Source: a virus (Duplodnaviria > Caudoviricetes). Taken from it: a stretch of 64,000 nt of DNA. Location of the stretch: the IMG/VR virus record IMGVR_UViG_2595698524_000001, positions 159,990-223,989 of that record; one strand, 5' to 3'. The position numbers and the translations under genes were made by a program. Within the stretch, counting starts at the first letter, position 1; each line of letters starts with the position of its first letter. Below, piece by piece: positions 26,035 to 37,358 of this stretch. The notes under the pieces were generated by a model, which was not told the DNA's origin, searched no databases, and was given only the letters and a program-made list of their open reading frames with translations.

Positions 26035-28227
26035 TTACAGACGAGATGGGCCACCCATGAAGGCTGCCACCACACGAGCAGGCGGAGTATCCATTACCGA
26101 GTTGACAATGTTACTCACAGAAGCAGCAGACTTCCAACTCATCAGCCACTTGTTCCAGTTCATGTTAAACATCTCAATACCTTTAGTGCGCTGATGCAGA
26201 GAAGCCCCGCCCAGTACAGCCATAAAGTCTGAGAATTTGTTATCGTCATCGAACACACCCGGGTCAGTAACGAGCGGCATATGCATCACACGGGACAAAT
26301 CTTTGATGGTGACACTGATGTCAACACTCAATGGAATCCCGTCTTTACGCCAGCCTAAGTTACCCACACCGAACGTCATGCTCACGTTGGTTACCATTGC
26401 ATTACGGAACGCAAAGCGACCGCGGGAGTAACATTCGAGATAGAACGGGTGGATATACGTTTGCTTACCGGTCGACAGTGGGCACACCGCCGCAATCCAG
26501 AACGCAATAGGCACGATGATTTCTTGGAACACGTCCAAGTCATTACCAGACCACGCGCGAAGTGGAATGTTCAGTGTGAAGTCGTCACCTGAGGTGTCAG
26601 ATGAATCCCACACTTCCGGGAAGTCAACCACCGACTGACTGTACAGTGCAGCCAGCCCCGTTAAGTGGAGCGTATCCAGTGCACCACCCAACGCAGACTT
26701 AACGCCTTCGATAGCACCATCCACAAAGTCCGCACCCGTTTTCCCGCCTGATGTGTTTACATCAAGACTACGGGCAGCAGAGGTCATACTGTTCACCTTG
26801 CCAGAAATCTCCGGCTCTTTGGTGGAGTTTGACCAGCTACGTTGTGTGGTATCACGTCCGTCTATACGCCATGTAACCCACTGTGCGCCGTCTTGTAACT
26901 CAGACAATGCCTGAGTAGAGATTTTAGTGGCGAGCGTCTTCACGGCCTTCTCAGCCCCGTCTACGAACTCACCCATCAAATCCCCGAATGACTTACCGCC
27001 GGTTTCGTCGTTAAACTTCTGAATCTCTTCATCCGTTAACCCACCGGTTGCCAGCTTCTCGACGCCAGACGTCGTCATAGTCGGTTCAGGGGCGGTACCG
27101 TTCTCAACGTTCTGAGCGGTCTGGTCCTGGTTGTAGTTCGAACGCAGCTGGTTAAGGGTAGCCGTCGCCTCCTCTTCCTTCGCGTCCTCAATCCCGATAT
27201 ACCCGGCGTTCTCTTTGTGATACAGCTCGAGGTCAGCCAGAGAGATTTCATACTTCTGTGCCGCTTCACGGACCTGCTGGGTATAACGGGCGTTACGATA
27301 GAAACGCTCAAGCTTCGCCTGCACGTCTTCGATACTGCTACCGTCATTGTAAATCTGCTCCAGCATAGTCGCCTGATAGTTGGCGAGAGTCTGGTAACGG
27401 TTAATCATCTTGTAGACGTCAAACTCACCGTTAGACTTCCAGATGCCCGGCAGCATGTTATACAGGTCTTTGCGGTCACCGTAGTATTTGTTCTCCGGCT
27501 GGTCAATCCCTTTCATCTGCGCTTGCTGACGTTTGTCGTCGTAGATGTTCCACTGGCCGAGTGACTGAATAGGAACCAGTTTACGGTACAGCAGCTGGGT
27601 GTTGATGATGTTCTGCACAGCACGTAGATACAGGTGCATCGTCGGCTTGACGTAGTAATACTTCGACGTCTGTTTGTTCAGCACCATTTTGATGATGCGC
27701 GGGATAATAAGAATCGAAGCAAAGGCCACGGTTCCCACTGCAGCCCAGATTGCGGCTCCCGTTACCCACGATGCCACGGTACGAATGATACGGGTGTAAT
27801 CACCGGTACGGGCCAGATACGCAAGGTTCGAGTCGTACATGTTCGCAAAGAAGGCGACCACGCCCAAGTATTTCGGTTTCCCGTAACGACAGTGGACATA
27901 GAAGGCGTTCTCTTCGATAGACTCTTGGTAGTACGTCCCTAAGGTGTACGAGCCGGCTTCTGCTTGTGCTTGTATCTTCTCCTGTTGGTCCCCGCGGCTG
28001 TAGTTAAGCGGGTTAGCAAAAAGGCCACCTACAGAAGGGTCAGCAAAACGGGTAAACTGCGGTGGCGCATTTAATGCCTGGTTACCACCCATGGTCGTAT
28101 CCGAGGATGAAAAATACGCACTGCTATACAAGCGCAGATTGCGTAGACGGGTATCCCCCATCTGTGGTGCCAACCCGAACACGGAACGCACCCATGATTG
28201 GTCCGATAATCTTTCTGTGGTTGCCAT
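26035..28227 (-). CDS. Tail/baseplate-associated virion protein (phiKZ gp182-like position)
   Basis: Directly downstream of tape measure; beta-rich C-terminus; synteny inference. Confidence 0.7.
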   Translation of the reverse strand: MATTERLSDQSWVRSVFGLAPQMGDTRLRNLRLYSSAYFSSSDTTMGGNQALNAPPQFTRFADPSVGGLFANPLNYSRGDQQEKIQAQAEAGSYTLGTYYQESIEENAFYVHCRYGKPKYLGVVAFFANMYDSNLAYLARTGDYTRIIRTVASWVTGAAIWAAVGTVAFASILIIPRIIKMVLNKQTSKYYYVKPTMHLYLRAVQNIINTQLLYRKLVPIQSLGQWNIYDDKRQQAQMKGIDQPENKYYGDRKDLYNMLPGIWKSNGEFDVYKMINRYQTLANYQATMLEQIYNDGSSIEDVQAKLERFYRNARYTQQVREAAQKYEISLADLELYHKENAGYIGIEDAKEEEATATLNQLRSNYNQDQTAQNVENGTAPEPTMTTSGVEKLATGGLTDEEIQKFNDETGGKSFGDLMGEFVDGAEKAVKTLATKISTQALSELQDGAQWVTWRIDGRDTTQRSWSNSTKEPEISGKVNSMTSAARSLDVNTSGGKTGADFVDGAIEGVKSALGGALDTLHLTGLAALYSQSVVDFPEVWDSSDTSGDDFTLNIPLRAWSGNDLDVFQEIIVPIAFWIAAVCPLSTGKQTYIHPFYLECYSRGRFAFRNAMVTNVSMTFGVGNLGWRKDGIPLSVDISVTIKDLSRVMHMPLVTDPGVFDDDNKFSDFMAVLGGASLHQRTKGIEMFNMNWNKWLMSWKSAASVSNIVNSVMDTPPARVVAAFMGGPSRL

Positions 28228-28240
28228 TTTAAACTCCATG

Positions 28241-28267
28241 TGAAAAGGGGGTAGTTGCCTACCCCCT
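28241..28267 (-). terminator. Terminator/hairpin after tape measure gene
   Basis: Minus strand AGGGGGTAG-GCAA-CTACCCCCT followed by TTT. Confidence 0.65.
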
Positions 28268-28276
28268 CATGATTTA

Positions 28277-31200
28277 CTACTGTGTCGTGATACGTGAGGT
28301 GTTAATGGTTGGGTCACCATGTACCACCTTCGGACCCGACGGGGTTGCTGTGGACGCTGCCGCTGAACGGTCACCGACCATCGACGCACCACTGCTGACT
28401 GCTGTTGCAATCGTGATAAGCTGCGCCAACATCTGACGCTGGACATTCAAGGACTGCTGTGGAATAGACAGCGAAGCATCGTCGACAGATTTCGGTGTTT
28501 CAGTTGGCGCTGAAACGACCGGGTCACTGCCCACGGCTGCAGAAGTGGCCGCCTCTGCATACTTCTGTTTCTGTTCCGGCGAGATAGTTGGGTAACTTTG
28601 CGATACCCCCTCTGCCGCGGTCGACATCGGCTGACTCATATCTGGCGGTGCGGAGGTCGCTTTAACCCCGGCAGGGTTAGGTACACTGTTCGCTCCAGCA
28701 CTGTCAGCAATTGCCTGACCGTCACGCGCCCCTTTCTGTTCAATTACTTCGTCACGACGCTCAGCGTTTTCAGCTGGCACGTTGTTCATCTCCGGACCAC
28801 TCAAACTGCTACTTCCCGGAGCGAACTGACGCACGTTCGATTCTGCTGCGGATACTTTCTGACGCATCAGATTGTAAATCTGCGCAAACGAACGCGGGTT
28901 ACCCGACTTGTCGTAGAAGATGGTTGGGTTGGCAGATGCAGCTTTTGGCATAGCTGCCGCTGCGTTACCCGCAGGGTTTTGACGCATCGCATTGATAAAC
29001 TGCGAGACACCGCCACCGCCTAAGAAGTGGTGCATGTAGATAGCCGTTGCAGACGGATCTGTCCCGGTTTTCTTTTTCACCACACTGTGACCTTCTTTCA
29101 GGTACAACGCACCCAGAATGGCGTTCGCGACCGGGTCTTTTGGCGACGTCCCGGCTGGAATACCGTACTGGTTAGCGTAGCGGTTCATCATGCCATCCCA
29201 TGTGCGGGATGTGAACTGGAACAGACCTGTCGCACTCGAGCCTTTCGCTTTAATGCTTGGGTTCATCCCCGATTCAATCATGGCAATGGTCAGACCGAGC
29301 AGCGGAGGAATCCCCACCAGTCGACACGCAGCCGTGATGATGTCCTGAATAGAACGCCCTGCTGAGCGGATAGACATGTAATCGCCTTGTCCGCCTTCCC
29401 CCATGGTGAGTCCTTGGTCGCGCATGAACGCGCCATCACCGATAGTTGGCATTGAGCCACCGGTAACCCCACCGTTTCCACTGATGCCCGTATTGGCCGC
29501 GCTGATGGTGCTGCTGACGTTATTACGTAGCGCATCCGCACTGCCCCCAGTCATGTCGGAGTTGTACAATGACGAGTCAAGACGCTCACGTTGCTGAGGC
29601 CCGCCTCCGTTCTCGTAAACCTTCCCGTGCTTCGTCCCCATGCGTTTCGCCAGAGACTTGGCATCAAGAATGTTACGTACCGCCATATCCGCTTTCTTCG
29701 ACAGCTCTTTCAAGGTGGCGAGTTCGTCGTTAATGGTGCCAGCATCGTCGTTTGCTTCGCCTCCGAATGGGTTGATCTTAATCGTCCACACAGACTCTTT
29801 AAAGCCGTTACGGTCGGCCTGTGCACGTGAGGTCATTAACGCAACCTCGTACAGATAGCCACCGCTCAGCACGAGCCGGTTCGGGTTAGCTGCAGGCGCA
29901 TAACGCGCAACAGCGAGCACATACGTCACATATGCTGGTAAGAAACGGTATTGGAACCACGTAAGCATATCGCTCTTACGGTTGGTTGACATTACGCCCG
30001 GTACAAGGGAGTTAAGCAGGTTCTCAATGTCACCTTTAAAATTCCCACTGCGTTTATCAATACACGGCAGAACCGCATCTTCGAACAACAGCAGGGATTT
30101 GACTTGAGCAGCCTCAAGTGTTTTCAGGCCGTACGTTTTAAGACGTACCGACTGAAGCGCATCCAAGTCTTTCTTCTGCGCTTTAACTTGCTCAACTTGC
30201 ATTTCGATGATATCCGTGGACTTGATGTCCCCACCCTTCACCTCGTTATCCTTGCGTTTCTTATCCTCTTCCCGCAGCGAAGCAAACTGCTCGGATACCG
30301 CAGTCGATTCTTTAACAAAGTTCTCTTTGTTCTGCATCAGTTTGATACGGTCTTTACGGCGCAGGCGACGACGTTTAATGTCGTGCTCGACCTCTTTCTG
30401 TACCGCGACAACTTCGTCACCGTTCAACAGGTCAGGCTCTGTAAAGGTTACCGCATCCCACAACTTCGACGCCCAACCGCGGTCCACTTTACGTGGGTCG
30501 GTCAGAGTCTTCAGGAACGGGGAGTCTTTGTCTAAGGCCAGTTTACCGAAGAGGGCTTGCATGTCCTCCTTGGTTACTTTCTTCTCATCACCCAAATCTT
30601 CCAGACGAGGAGCAGATTGTAACTGACGAATCGCGGTCAACCAACGCAGGTAGATTGGAATGAAACGCTGCTGAGCAAATGCGTGGAACGCAATCAACTC
30701 ACCTTTGTTCTCCTTATCCACCCCAAATCCAACTGCCACCTTCTCAGCCTCCACAGCACTGAGGCCCCGTAACGAGGCTTCGCCGTTAGCAGAGAAGGCA
30801 ACATATTTCCGCAGCTGGTCTTCCATGTACTTCGCTTTCGCCCCATCGTCAGAAGACCACAGGTCGTAATCACGGAAGCCGTACTGTGCCAAACGCATCC
30901 TATCGAGGTAACGGGTTGGTTCACGGGTAGCAAGCTTATAGGTACCCCAGATAGCGGCCCCTGCCGCGGCAACGCCGAGAATAACCGGCCAGCCTACCGC
31001 AGTCACTACCGCGCTACCAGCGGCTAACGCGCCGCGAGCCAACCACGATACCGGAGACAGCGCCCCACCCAGAACTTTACCGGCCAATTTCAGTCCACCA
31101 CCGATACCAAACTTGGTAACGAACTTCGTCAGCCCCCATACCCCTTTACTGAGTCCGGAGATAGCCGACCACAATCCGCCCATGACGGTCATGAACATGC

Positions 31201-34200
31201 TGGACTTATCACCTTCCTCTTTCTTACCGAATAATCCAGAGAAGAACCCTTTCTTCTTCTCGCCTTCAGGCTTCGGTTCACTCCGACGCTTGAACCAGCG
31301 GAAGTAATCGCGTTTCTCCCCATCCTTGTTGAACTTCACGCGTTGTCCGAACTTAGCGAACATCCCGCGCAACATCCCTTCCGGCATACCGGCATCTTCT
31401 GAAGATTGGCGCATGGTGTTGAACCATGATGCTTCAGAGATGTCAACCAGACGAGTAAGCTTGTCCATCAAGGTTTCTTTTTTCTTCGGCCCCATGAAGT
31501 CGTCAGAGCGTTGATAACGATATGCATCCAAACGACCTTTGGCGTTGTCGAGGAAACTACCCACTCGACTTTTCGCCCCACCCACACGTTGACCCATGCG
31601 TTTCAGGATGCTGTGCGTTTGACGACGTGGACCCATAAACTCATCGGAGTTCTCGTAGCGCATGGCACCCCAGCGACCACGGAAGCGGTCGGCCAGATTA
31701 GCAAGGTCTTCATCCAAATCCTCACGAATGAGTTTCGGGTTGATTTTCCCCTTGGCCATTAAGCGTTCACGATAATAGTTGGCGACATCATCGTCACGCC
31801 CTTCGAGGTGCTCCAGAATGCGTTGCTTGGTCTCATCATCAAAGCGGTCTGGACGGTAGCTATCAATCGTTCCTTTCAGACGCGATGCAAAGCCCTGACC
31901 TTTCGCCTTCGCCCGGTTATACCACGACGAACTTGTGACACGGTCGCGATAAGCCAGCCCTTCACGCTTCGCCCGTCGGCGTGCAATCTTGGCCAGTCGT
32001 CTCGCGCGTTGAACCACCTCTTTGGCACGTTTGCCGGTGTGTCCCGCGTCTTCACCCATTTCATTAATCCAGCTCTCGTCTTCCGCTTCACCGGCCATAC
32101 GAGCGTTCAGGAGTTTATAGATACGGATGAGTATGTGGTTCGTCTTACGTGTTGCCCCGCCACCGAAGATGGTGTTATTACGGAACCACCCGTTGTTGTC
32201 CCCGGTACCTGACTCTTTGTTCAGCCAGCGAGTGATAAAGTTATCCCCGAGCCTGTTCTTAATCCCGGTAACCCATTTATTACTACGGATGCGGTTGTTC
32301 ATGCCGCGCACGAAGCTAGGTATCTTACTTAGCTTATCCATAGCGAAACGACCTACCCCAGCTATACGTCCCACCATGCGTCCCAGCGGTGTACGTACGG
32401 TACGGCCCCAACGGTCAACCAGTTTAAAGTTCGGATTCGCTACCTCATCGGCGCTGATAATCACATCACCTTTCCGGTTAACCACAGCACCCGTAATGTC
32501 TTCAGGTCTGTAGATAACTTTCCCGCCGTTTTGCAGCAGGTACTCACCCTCGCGCATCATGTTCGCACGGATACGTGGGTTTTGTTCATTCCCAACGTAC
32601 ATGTCCGGGTAATTGGTAAACCAGTTTTTGGCGCGTTTAGCCATTTCGCCGACGCTGCCGAAACCTTTACTCAAACCGGTAGTCACTTTATTCAGCAACC
32701 CACCCGCTTTACCCCCGATCATTTCCGTGACCTTCCACCAACGCCCACCTTTGTAGTAGGAGAGTTCACCTCCTGCCTTCAAAGCTTGTTTGGTGACGAC
32801 CACGTTGCCGTCTTTGTCGTAGATGTTGCCGTTGAGGTTGATATCGTCGATGGTGTAAACGGCTTTGGTGACATTGTTAATCTTCTGGAAATACTGCCCA
32901 TTTTTGAGCTTATTCCCTTCGAGAACCACATCACCATTAGAGTTATAAATGTCTCGCGCACCGATAGCGGCCTTGGCGAAAGCCCCCACCCCGCGGAAAC
33001 CAGATAGCACCCCGTCCTTGCCGAATTTAAATGCCCGCGACATAAAGCCCGGACCTTCACCACCGAACATCTTCGCACCGAGGGAACGCAGGCCACGATA
33101 ACCCCCGCGAATCCCTTTACCGATACCCTCAATCCCTTTCCCGGCAGTTTCCCCCATCAAGCCAAACCACTGGCTAATTAGACCACCCGTACGATGCAGT
33201 TGAATACGACGACGTTTCGCACGGCGCTTGGCGCGGCGACGACGCGAGTTACGTTCATCGTTGGATTCACCCGGTTCGTCCTCAGGTCCATCCACATAGT
33301 CCGGCTCACCGCTGTTCAGGAGAATACCCTGCTCGTCCATCGACTGCACGTGTTCCAAAATGCGCTGTACAATGTCTTTGCAGGAGTTCATGCGGATAGC
33401 TTCGACGATAGCGTCGCTGCTCGCACCACCACCCTGTTGGCTCAGGGTGTTCTCACGGAACAGGGTTGGGAAGTCAGTACGTTCACTGCCGTACAGGACA
33501 CCTGACAACTCACGAACCGTCAGACCAATACCACCACCTTTCGGCGGTCGTCCTTTCTGACGTTTACCTTTCGGGGCAGGACCCGGTCCCGGAGCCGGAT
33601 TAAGTTCCTCGCCGGAATCGCCGAAGCGACGACGGAGTAAATCACCCAATGCGGAACCGTTACCCATCTTGCGAGCAATCTCTTGCTCACGCGTCAGACT
33701 ACGGCCGGATTTGGTCTTGCCTTGTTGCAAGGTACCGAACGTGGTGTAGATGTCGGTCAGGTCACCGTCAGGTACCAGCTCATCACGAGCGGCATCATAA
33801 CGGAATAATCCTGAGTCGATAAGCGCACGGTCGCCGTAAATGGCACGGGCTTCTTCCACACGTTTTTGGTAAGAGGTCGCCTGTCCACGTAATCCACGCA
33901 TCTCTGCGTTGATTTTGTTCGAGAACTCAGCTGCCCCACCGGTACCGGATGAATGTTTCTCGATGAGTCCTTTGACTTTGGATGTCCCTTCTGCGCCCAA
34001 GAAACGGTTCAGCAAGTGGTCATCTTTCAGTAACGCCTCAGCGTTGAACTCACGCGCAGTCGAGATACGGTCTTCTAAGAACGCACCCAACCGTTGGCGC
34101 TGGTCGTTAGTCATCGACTTGTCCGTATCGAACATGTCAATCACTTCGTTCATGCGACCGCGCATCCTTTCACGAAGTTGGTCTGCCGCCACATGCTTAC

Positions 34201-35701
34201 GCACACGGTTACCCACTACCTTCTTATCCACGAAACCGCGGGTCGTCAAGTCGTAGGTCTGGTTAACGTTCTCACCGTAACCCCAACGAATGGAGCGGTT
34301 GATTTCGGCTAACCATGCAGGAATCACTTCGTTAATAGACAGCCACGTCCGCTTATCGAACTTGGCCACACCCGCCAGCATTTCACCGTCGCGCGCACCG
34401 ATACTAATCTTCTCGCGTTTGTACGACGGCGCAATGCCCAACTCGTTTAAGGTTCTGAAGACATTACCCAGCGTTGAGTCACGCTCGCCTGAGATTGCAG
34501 AGTTCGCAATCATCGGCAGGTTCATCAAGTTATAGGCCGCACGGTTAGCGAAAGTATTCGCACCCCGGTGGTCTTCTAAACGACCACGAATCTTGCCGAG
34601 TGCTTTGTCTCGCAGTGGGTTGATGAAGCGCTTGGCTAAGTAGCCAACTCCCAACCCGACCCCTTTCTGAGTCAGGTTGCTACGCTGTTTGTCAGGCGAC
34701 AACTCGGACTGGTCGTCCAAGTCCATGTCGTCTTCCACCATCGACCCCATGAGCATATCTGACAGACCGCGACCTTCCGTGAGCACATTCGAAATCTTCT
34801 TCTTCATGTTGTCACGGATTTGCTCAATGAACGTCTCAGCATAACGCGCTGGAGAAATCCATTCCGCCAATTTACGTTTCATCAACGCACCGGTAATCTC
34901 ACCAAACTCTTCTTTGGCGTAATCCGGCAAGGCGGTGTTCTTCACGATAGCTTCAAGAGCCGGCGTGTTGCGGTCAAATTCAGACTGCTTGAGTTTGGCA
35001 ATGTCTTGTAACGCGAACAGCTGACGGTATGACAGTTCAAGCTGTTTACGTTGGACATTAATCATGACCCCCTTCTGGAGGTTGGTGGTCATGCGGACAT
35101 CTTTGGCGATTTGAATCAGGGTAGCCTGTTGCTGGTCACCCTTCATCGTCTCGATAGTGCTACGCAGTTTTTCTTCGACTGCGTCTTCTTGCATCTCGCG
35201 CTGTTCTTCTTGTGTCTGAGGGGTACCGCCACCACCAAACACATCAGACATCGCGCGGTCAATCATCGCCTGCTGCGGGTCGTAATCATTACCACCCTGA
35301 CCGAGGTCTACCGACTTCGCCCATTTCTCCACCGGATTGACGAGCATCTTCGGCAGATATTTGCGCATCGTCGGAACCATTTGACGCGTCTGAATTTTCA
35401 GCGCGCGCTCGGTCTTGACGAGCTCCTCTTTTGTATGAGAGAAGACGTCCGAAGCAGCATCTGCGACATCTTTATAGCCGTCATATGCTTCGGAGGCAGC
35501 TTTTGGCATCCCCTTAAGAATGATACGGGCACGTTCACCGTCAGGGAAAACCGAATCGAGGGCAGACTTTCTCGCCGTGCGAGCTGTGTCTAAAATTGGG
35601 TTACGACTTTTTCCACCCGTCGAACGGGGCGGTTCGTCGAAATCATCGAAATCATCGAGATTGTCTAAGTCGAAATCATCGATATCATTTTTCTTTGCCA
35701 T
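28277..35701 (-). CDS. Tail tape measure protein with C-terminal lytic transglycosylase (phiKZ gp181-like)
   Basis: 2474 aa, helical, hydrophobic Gly-rich segment; SLT motifs AMIESG, SSATGLFQF, NAILGALYL; divergent from vRNAP genes. Confidence 0.9.
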   Translation of the reverse strand: MAKKNDIDDFDLDNLDDFDDFDEPPRSTGGKSRNPILDTARTARKSALDSVFPDGERARIILKGMPKAASEAYDGYKDVADAASDVFSHTKEELVKTERALKIQTRQMVPTMRKYLPKMLVNPVEKWAKSVDLGQGGNDYDPQQAMIDRAMSDVFGGGGTPQTQEEQREMQEDAVEEKLRSTIETMKGDQQQATLIQIAKDVRMTTNLQKGVMINVQRKQLELSYRQLFALQDIAKLKQSEFDRNTPALEAIVKNTALPDYAKEEFGEITGALMKRKLAEWISPARYAETFIEQIRDNMKKKISNVLTEGRGLSDMLMGSMVEDDMDLDDQSELSPDKQRSNLTQKGVGLGVGYLAKRFINPLRDKALGKIRGRLEDHRGANTFANRAAYNLMNLPMIANSAISGERDSTLGNVFRTLNELGIAPSYKREKISIGARDGEMLAGVAKFDKRTWLSINEVIPAWLAEINRSIRWGYGENVNQTYDLTTRGFVDKKVVGNRVRKHVAADQLRERMRGRMNEVIDMFDTDKSMTNDQRQRLGAFLEDRISTAREFNAEALLKDDHLLNRFLGAEGTSKVKGLIEKHSSGTGGAAEFSNKINAEMRGLRGQATSYQKRVEEARAIYGDRALIDSGLFRYDAARDELVPDGDLTDIYTTFGTLQQGKTKSGRSLTREQEIARKMGNGSALGDLLRRRFGDSGEELNPAPGPGPAPKGKRQKGRPPKGGGIGLTVRELSGVLYGSERTDFPTLFRENTLSQQGGGASSDAIVEAIRMNSCKDIVQRILEHVQSMDEQGILLNSGEPDYVDGPEDEPGESNDERNSRRRRAKRRAKRRRIQLHRTGGLISQWFGLMGETAGKGIEGIGKGIRGGYRGLRSLGAKMFGGEGPGFMSRAFKFGKDGVLSGFRGVGAFAKAAIGARDIYNSNGDVVLEGNKLKNGQYFQKINNVTKAVYTIDDINLNGNIYDKDGNVVVTKQALKAGGELSYYKGGRWWKVTEMIGGKAGGLLNKVTTGLSKGFGSVGEMAKRAKNWFTNYPDMYVGNEQNPRIRANMMREGEYLLQNGGKVIYRPEDITGAVVNRKGDVIISADEVANPNFKLVDRWGRTVRTPLGRMVGRIAGVGRFAMDKLSKIPSFVRGMNNRIRSNKWVTGIKNRLGDNFITRWLNKESGTGDNNGWFRNNTIFGGGATRKTNHILIRIYKLLNARMAGEAEDESWINEMGEDAGHTGKRAKEVVQRARRLAKIARRRAKREGLAYRDRVTSSSWYNRAKAKGQGFASRLKGTIDSYRPDRFDDETKQRILEHLEGRDDDVANYYRERLMAKGKINPKLIREDLDEDLANLADRFRGRWGAMRYENSDEFMGPRRQTHSILKRMGQRVGGAKSRVGSFLDNAKGRLDAYRYQRSDDFMGPKKKETLMDKLTRLVDISEASWFNTMRQSSEDAGMPEGMLRGMFAKFGQRVKFNKDGEKRDYFRWFKRRSEPKPEGEKKKGFFSGLFGKKEEGDKSSMFMTVMGGLWSAISGLSKGVWGLTKFVTKFGIGGGLKLAGKVLGGALSPVSWLARGALAAGSAVVTAVGWPVILGVAAAGAAIWGTYKLATREPTRYLDRMRLAQYGFRDYDLWSSDDGAKAKYMEDQLRKYVAFSANGEASLRGLSAVEAEKVAVGFGVDKENKGELIAFHAFAQQRFIPIYLRWLTAIRQLQSAPRLEDLGDEKKVTKEDMQALFGKLALDKDSPFLKTLTDPRKVDRGWASKLWDAVTFTEPDLLNGDEVVAVQKEVEHDIKRRRLRRKDRIKLMQNKENFVKESTAVSEQFASLREEDKKRKDNEVKGGDIKSTDIIEMQVEQVKAQKKDLDALQSVRLKTYGLKTLEAAQVKSLLLFEDAVLPCIDKRSGNFKGDIENLLNSLVPGVMSTNRKSDMLTWFQYRFLPAYVTYVLAVARYAPAANPNRLVLSGGYLYEVALMTSRAQADRNGFKESVWTIKINPFGGEANDDAGTINDELATLKELSKKADMAVRNILDAKSLAKRMGTKHGKVYENGGGPQQRERLDSSLYNSDMTGGSADALRNNVSSTISAANTGISGNGGVTGGSMPTIGDGAFMRDQGLTMGEGGQGDYMSIRSAGRSIQDIITAACRLVGIPPLLGLTIAMIESGMNPSIKAKGSSATGLFQFTSRTWDGMMNRYANQYGIPAGTSPKDPVANAILGALYLKEGHSVVKKKTGTDPSATAIYMHHFLGGGGVSQFINAMRQNPAGNAAAAMPKAASANPTIFYDKSGNPRSFAQIYNLMRQKVSAAESNVRQFAPGSSSLSGPEMNNVPAENAERRDEVIEQKGARDGQAIADSAGANSVPNPAGVKATSAPPDMSQPMSTAAEGVSQSYPTISPEQKQKYAEAATSAAVGSDPVVSAPTETPKSVDDASLSIPQQSLNVQRQMLAQLITIATAVSSGASMVGDRSAAASTATPSGPKVVHGDPTINTSRITTQ

Positions 35702-35724
35702 AACGATTTTCCGTGGAGTAAACA

Positions 35725-37356
35725 GTGAGAAAGCTGAACTGGGTAGACTTCTATTTGTTGAACGTCAACAAAAGTCTGGTATCGACCCTAAAACCGATAA
35801 CCACCACCGACACCTTCGCGGGGATGACCAAGAACTTTCACCCTGAGGGATTGTATTCGACCGAAATATTCGGGCCTGTGGGAAAAGAAGAGCGCGATGC
35901 GACTTTCGCCTACATCGACGTAAAACTGGAGATTATCTCTCCCACTGTTGCGTTGGCACTCTTCGGTCTCAAACAACTTTATGAAGAAATTTGTTCCGGT
36001 CGCCGTTATGCTACGTGGAACGAAAAAGAAAAGGACTTTGAGCCTGCCCTGCCGACGGATGCGGGCGCGGATACAGGCTACACGTTTTTCATGAAGCACT
36101 ATCAAGAATTGACTCCGGCACGCAATACGTCATTACGGCGTGATGACACGCTGGACTTCTTTTTTAAATTTCGCCAATACTCACTGAGTCGCTACGTGCT
36201 GGTGCTTCCAGCTGGACTGCGTGACCTGATGATTCGTCAGGATGGGCGAGATCAAGAAGAAGAGATTAACCCCATTTACCGTCGTCTGATTACGTTGTCG
36301 CGGGCAGTGCCTGAAAAGGCACAAGCGTCGACTATCACCGACCCGGTACGCTGGAGAATCCAGTCAACCTTTAATGAAATCTGGGATTACTTCTTTACCC
36401 TGATGGATGGCAAACGCGGGTACGCTCGCTCAAAAGTTACCAGCCGTAAAATCATGAACGGCACACGTAACGTTTTGTCATCCGCACAGGTCGGCTCCAT
36501 TGAGATGGGCCGTGAAGACCAGATTCGTGCAACGGATACCCGTCAAGGGTTACTGCAAACGTTAAAGGCACTGCTCCCGGTCGCACAGCATTACATTCGT
36601 GAACGCTATCTGGCGAACATCCGGGCAGGTGACGGTAACCTTTACGGGGTTAATGTCAAAACGCTCAAACGTGAGTTTCTGGAAGTAAGTGGTAAGGTCT
36701 ATGACCAATATGCCACCGACGAAGGCGTTGAGAAACTTATCAACCGCCTCGAAGACCGTGCTGCCAGACACCAACCTCTTTATATCGATAAGAACCACTA
36801 CGTTGCCCTGATTTATCAGGACGATAAACGTTTTAAAGTGTTCTACGATATCGACGAATTACCGTCGGACTTCAAGCGCGAGAACGTCAGCGGGATAACC
36901 CTCGTTGAGTTGCTCTATCTGTCCGGGTATGACATCTGGAACGATTACTTCGCTTTCGTTACACGTTATCCAGTTGCAGGTCGTGGTTCGACCTACAGCT
37001 CGACCATAAGATTGGAAACCACCACGCCGTCTACCATGAAAACCGAGTTAGATGAGAACTGGGAACCGAAATCAGGTAAGCCTGCTATTTCTTTTCCTCT
37101 GCGACACATCAACGACTTCGTGGAATCGATGGCGGTGCACCCGTCACGATTGGGCGGCTTAGGTGGGGACTACGATGGTGACATGACGTCAAGTAACGCC
37201 ATTATGAGTGAAGAAGCTTTGGAAGAGAACCGTAAGTGGCTTGATAGCCGCGAATACTGGTTTGACACTTCCGGTCGTTTCAAGATGAACCCGACCAACG
37301 ACGTAATTGACCGTACGCTCGCTGCACTATTGAAGCCCCCGGTCAAAAGGACCTAA
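35725..37356 (+). CDS. Virion RNA polymerase beta' subunit, N-terminal fragment with catalytic loop (phiKZ gp180-like)
   Basis: GLYSTEIFG, VLPAGLRD, TRYP, LGGDYDGD (DxDGD). Confidence 0.9.
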   Translation: MRKLNWVDFYLLNVNKSLVSTLKPITTTDTFAGMTKNFHPEGLYSTEIFGPVGKEERDATFAYIDVKLEIISPTVALALFGLKQLYEEICSGRRYATWNEKEKDFEPALPTDAGADTGYTFFMKHYQELTPARNTSLRRDDTLDFFFKFRQYSLSRYVLVLPAGLRDLMIRQDGRDQEEEINPIYRRLITLSRAVPEKAQASTITDPVRWRIQSTFNEIWDYFFTLMDGKRGYARSKVTSRKIMNGTRNVLSSAQVGSIEMGREDQIRATDTRQGLLQTLKALLPVAQHYIRERYLANIRAGDGNLYGVNVKTLKREFLEVSGKVYDQYATDEGVEKLINRLEDRAARHQPLYIDKNHYVALIYQDDKRFKVFYDIDELPSDFKRENVSGITLVELLYLSGYDIWNDYFAFVTRYPVAGRGSTYSSTIRLETTTPSTMKTELDENWEPKSGKPAISFPLRHINDFVESMAVHPSRLGGLGGDYDGDMTSSNAIMSEEALEENRKWLDSREYWFDTSGRFKMNPTNDVIDRTLAALLKPPVKRT

Positions 37357-37358
37357 TC

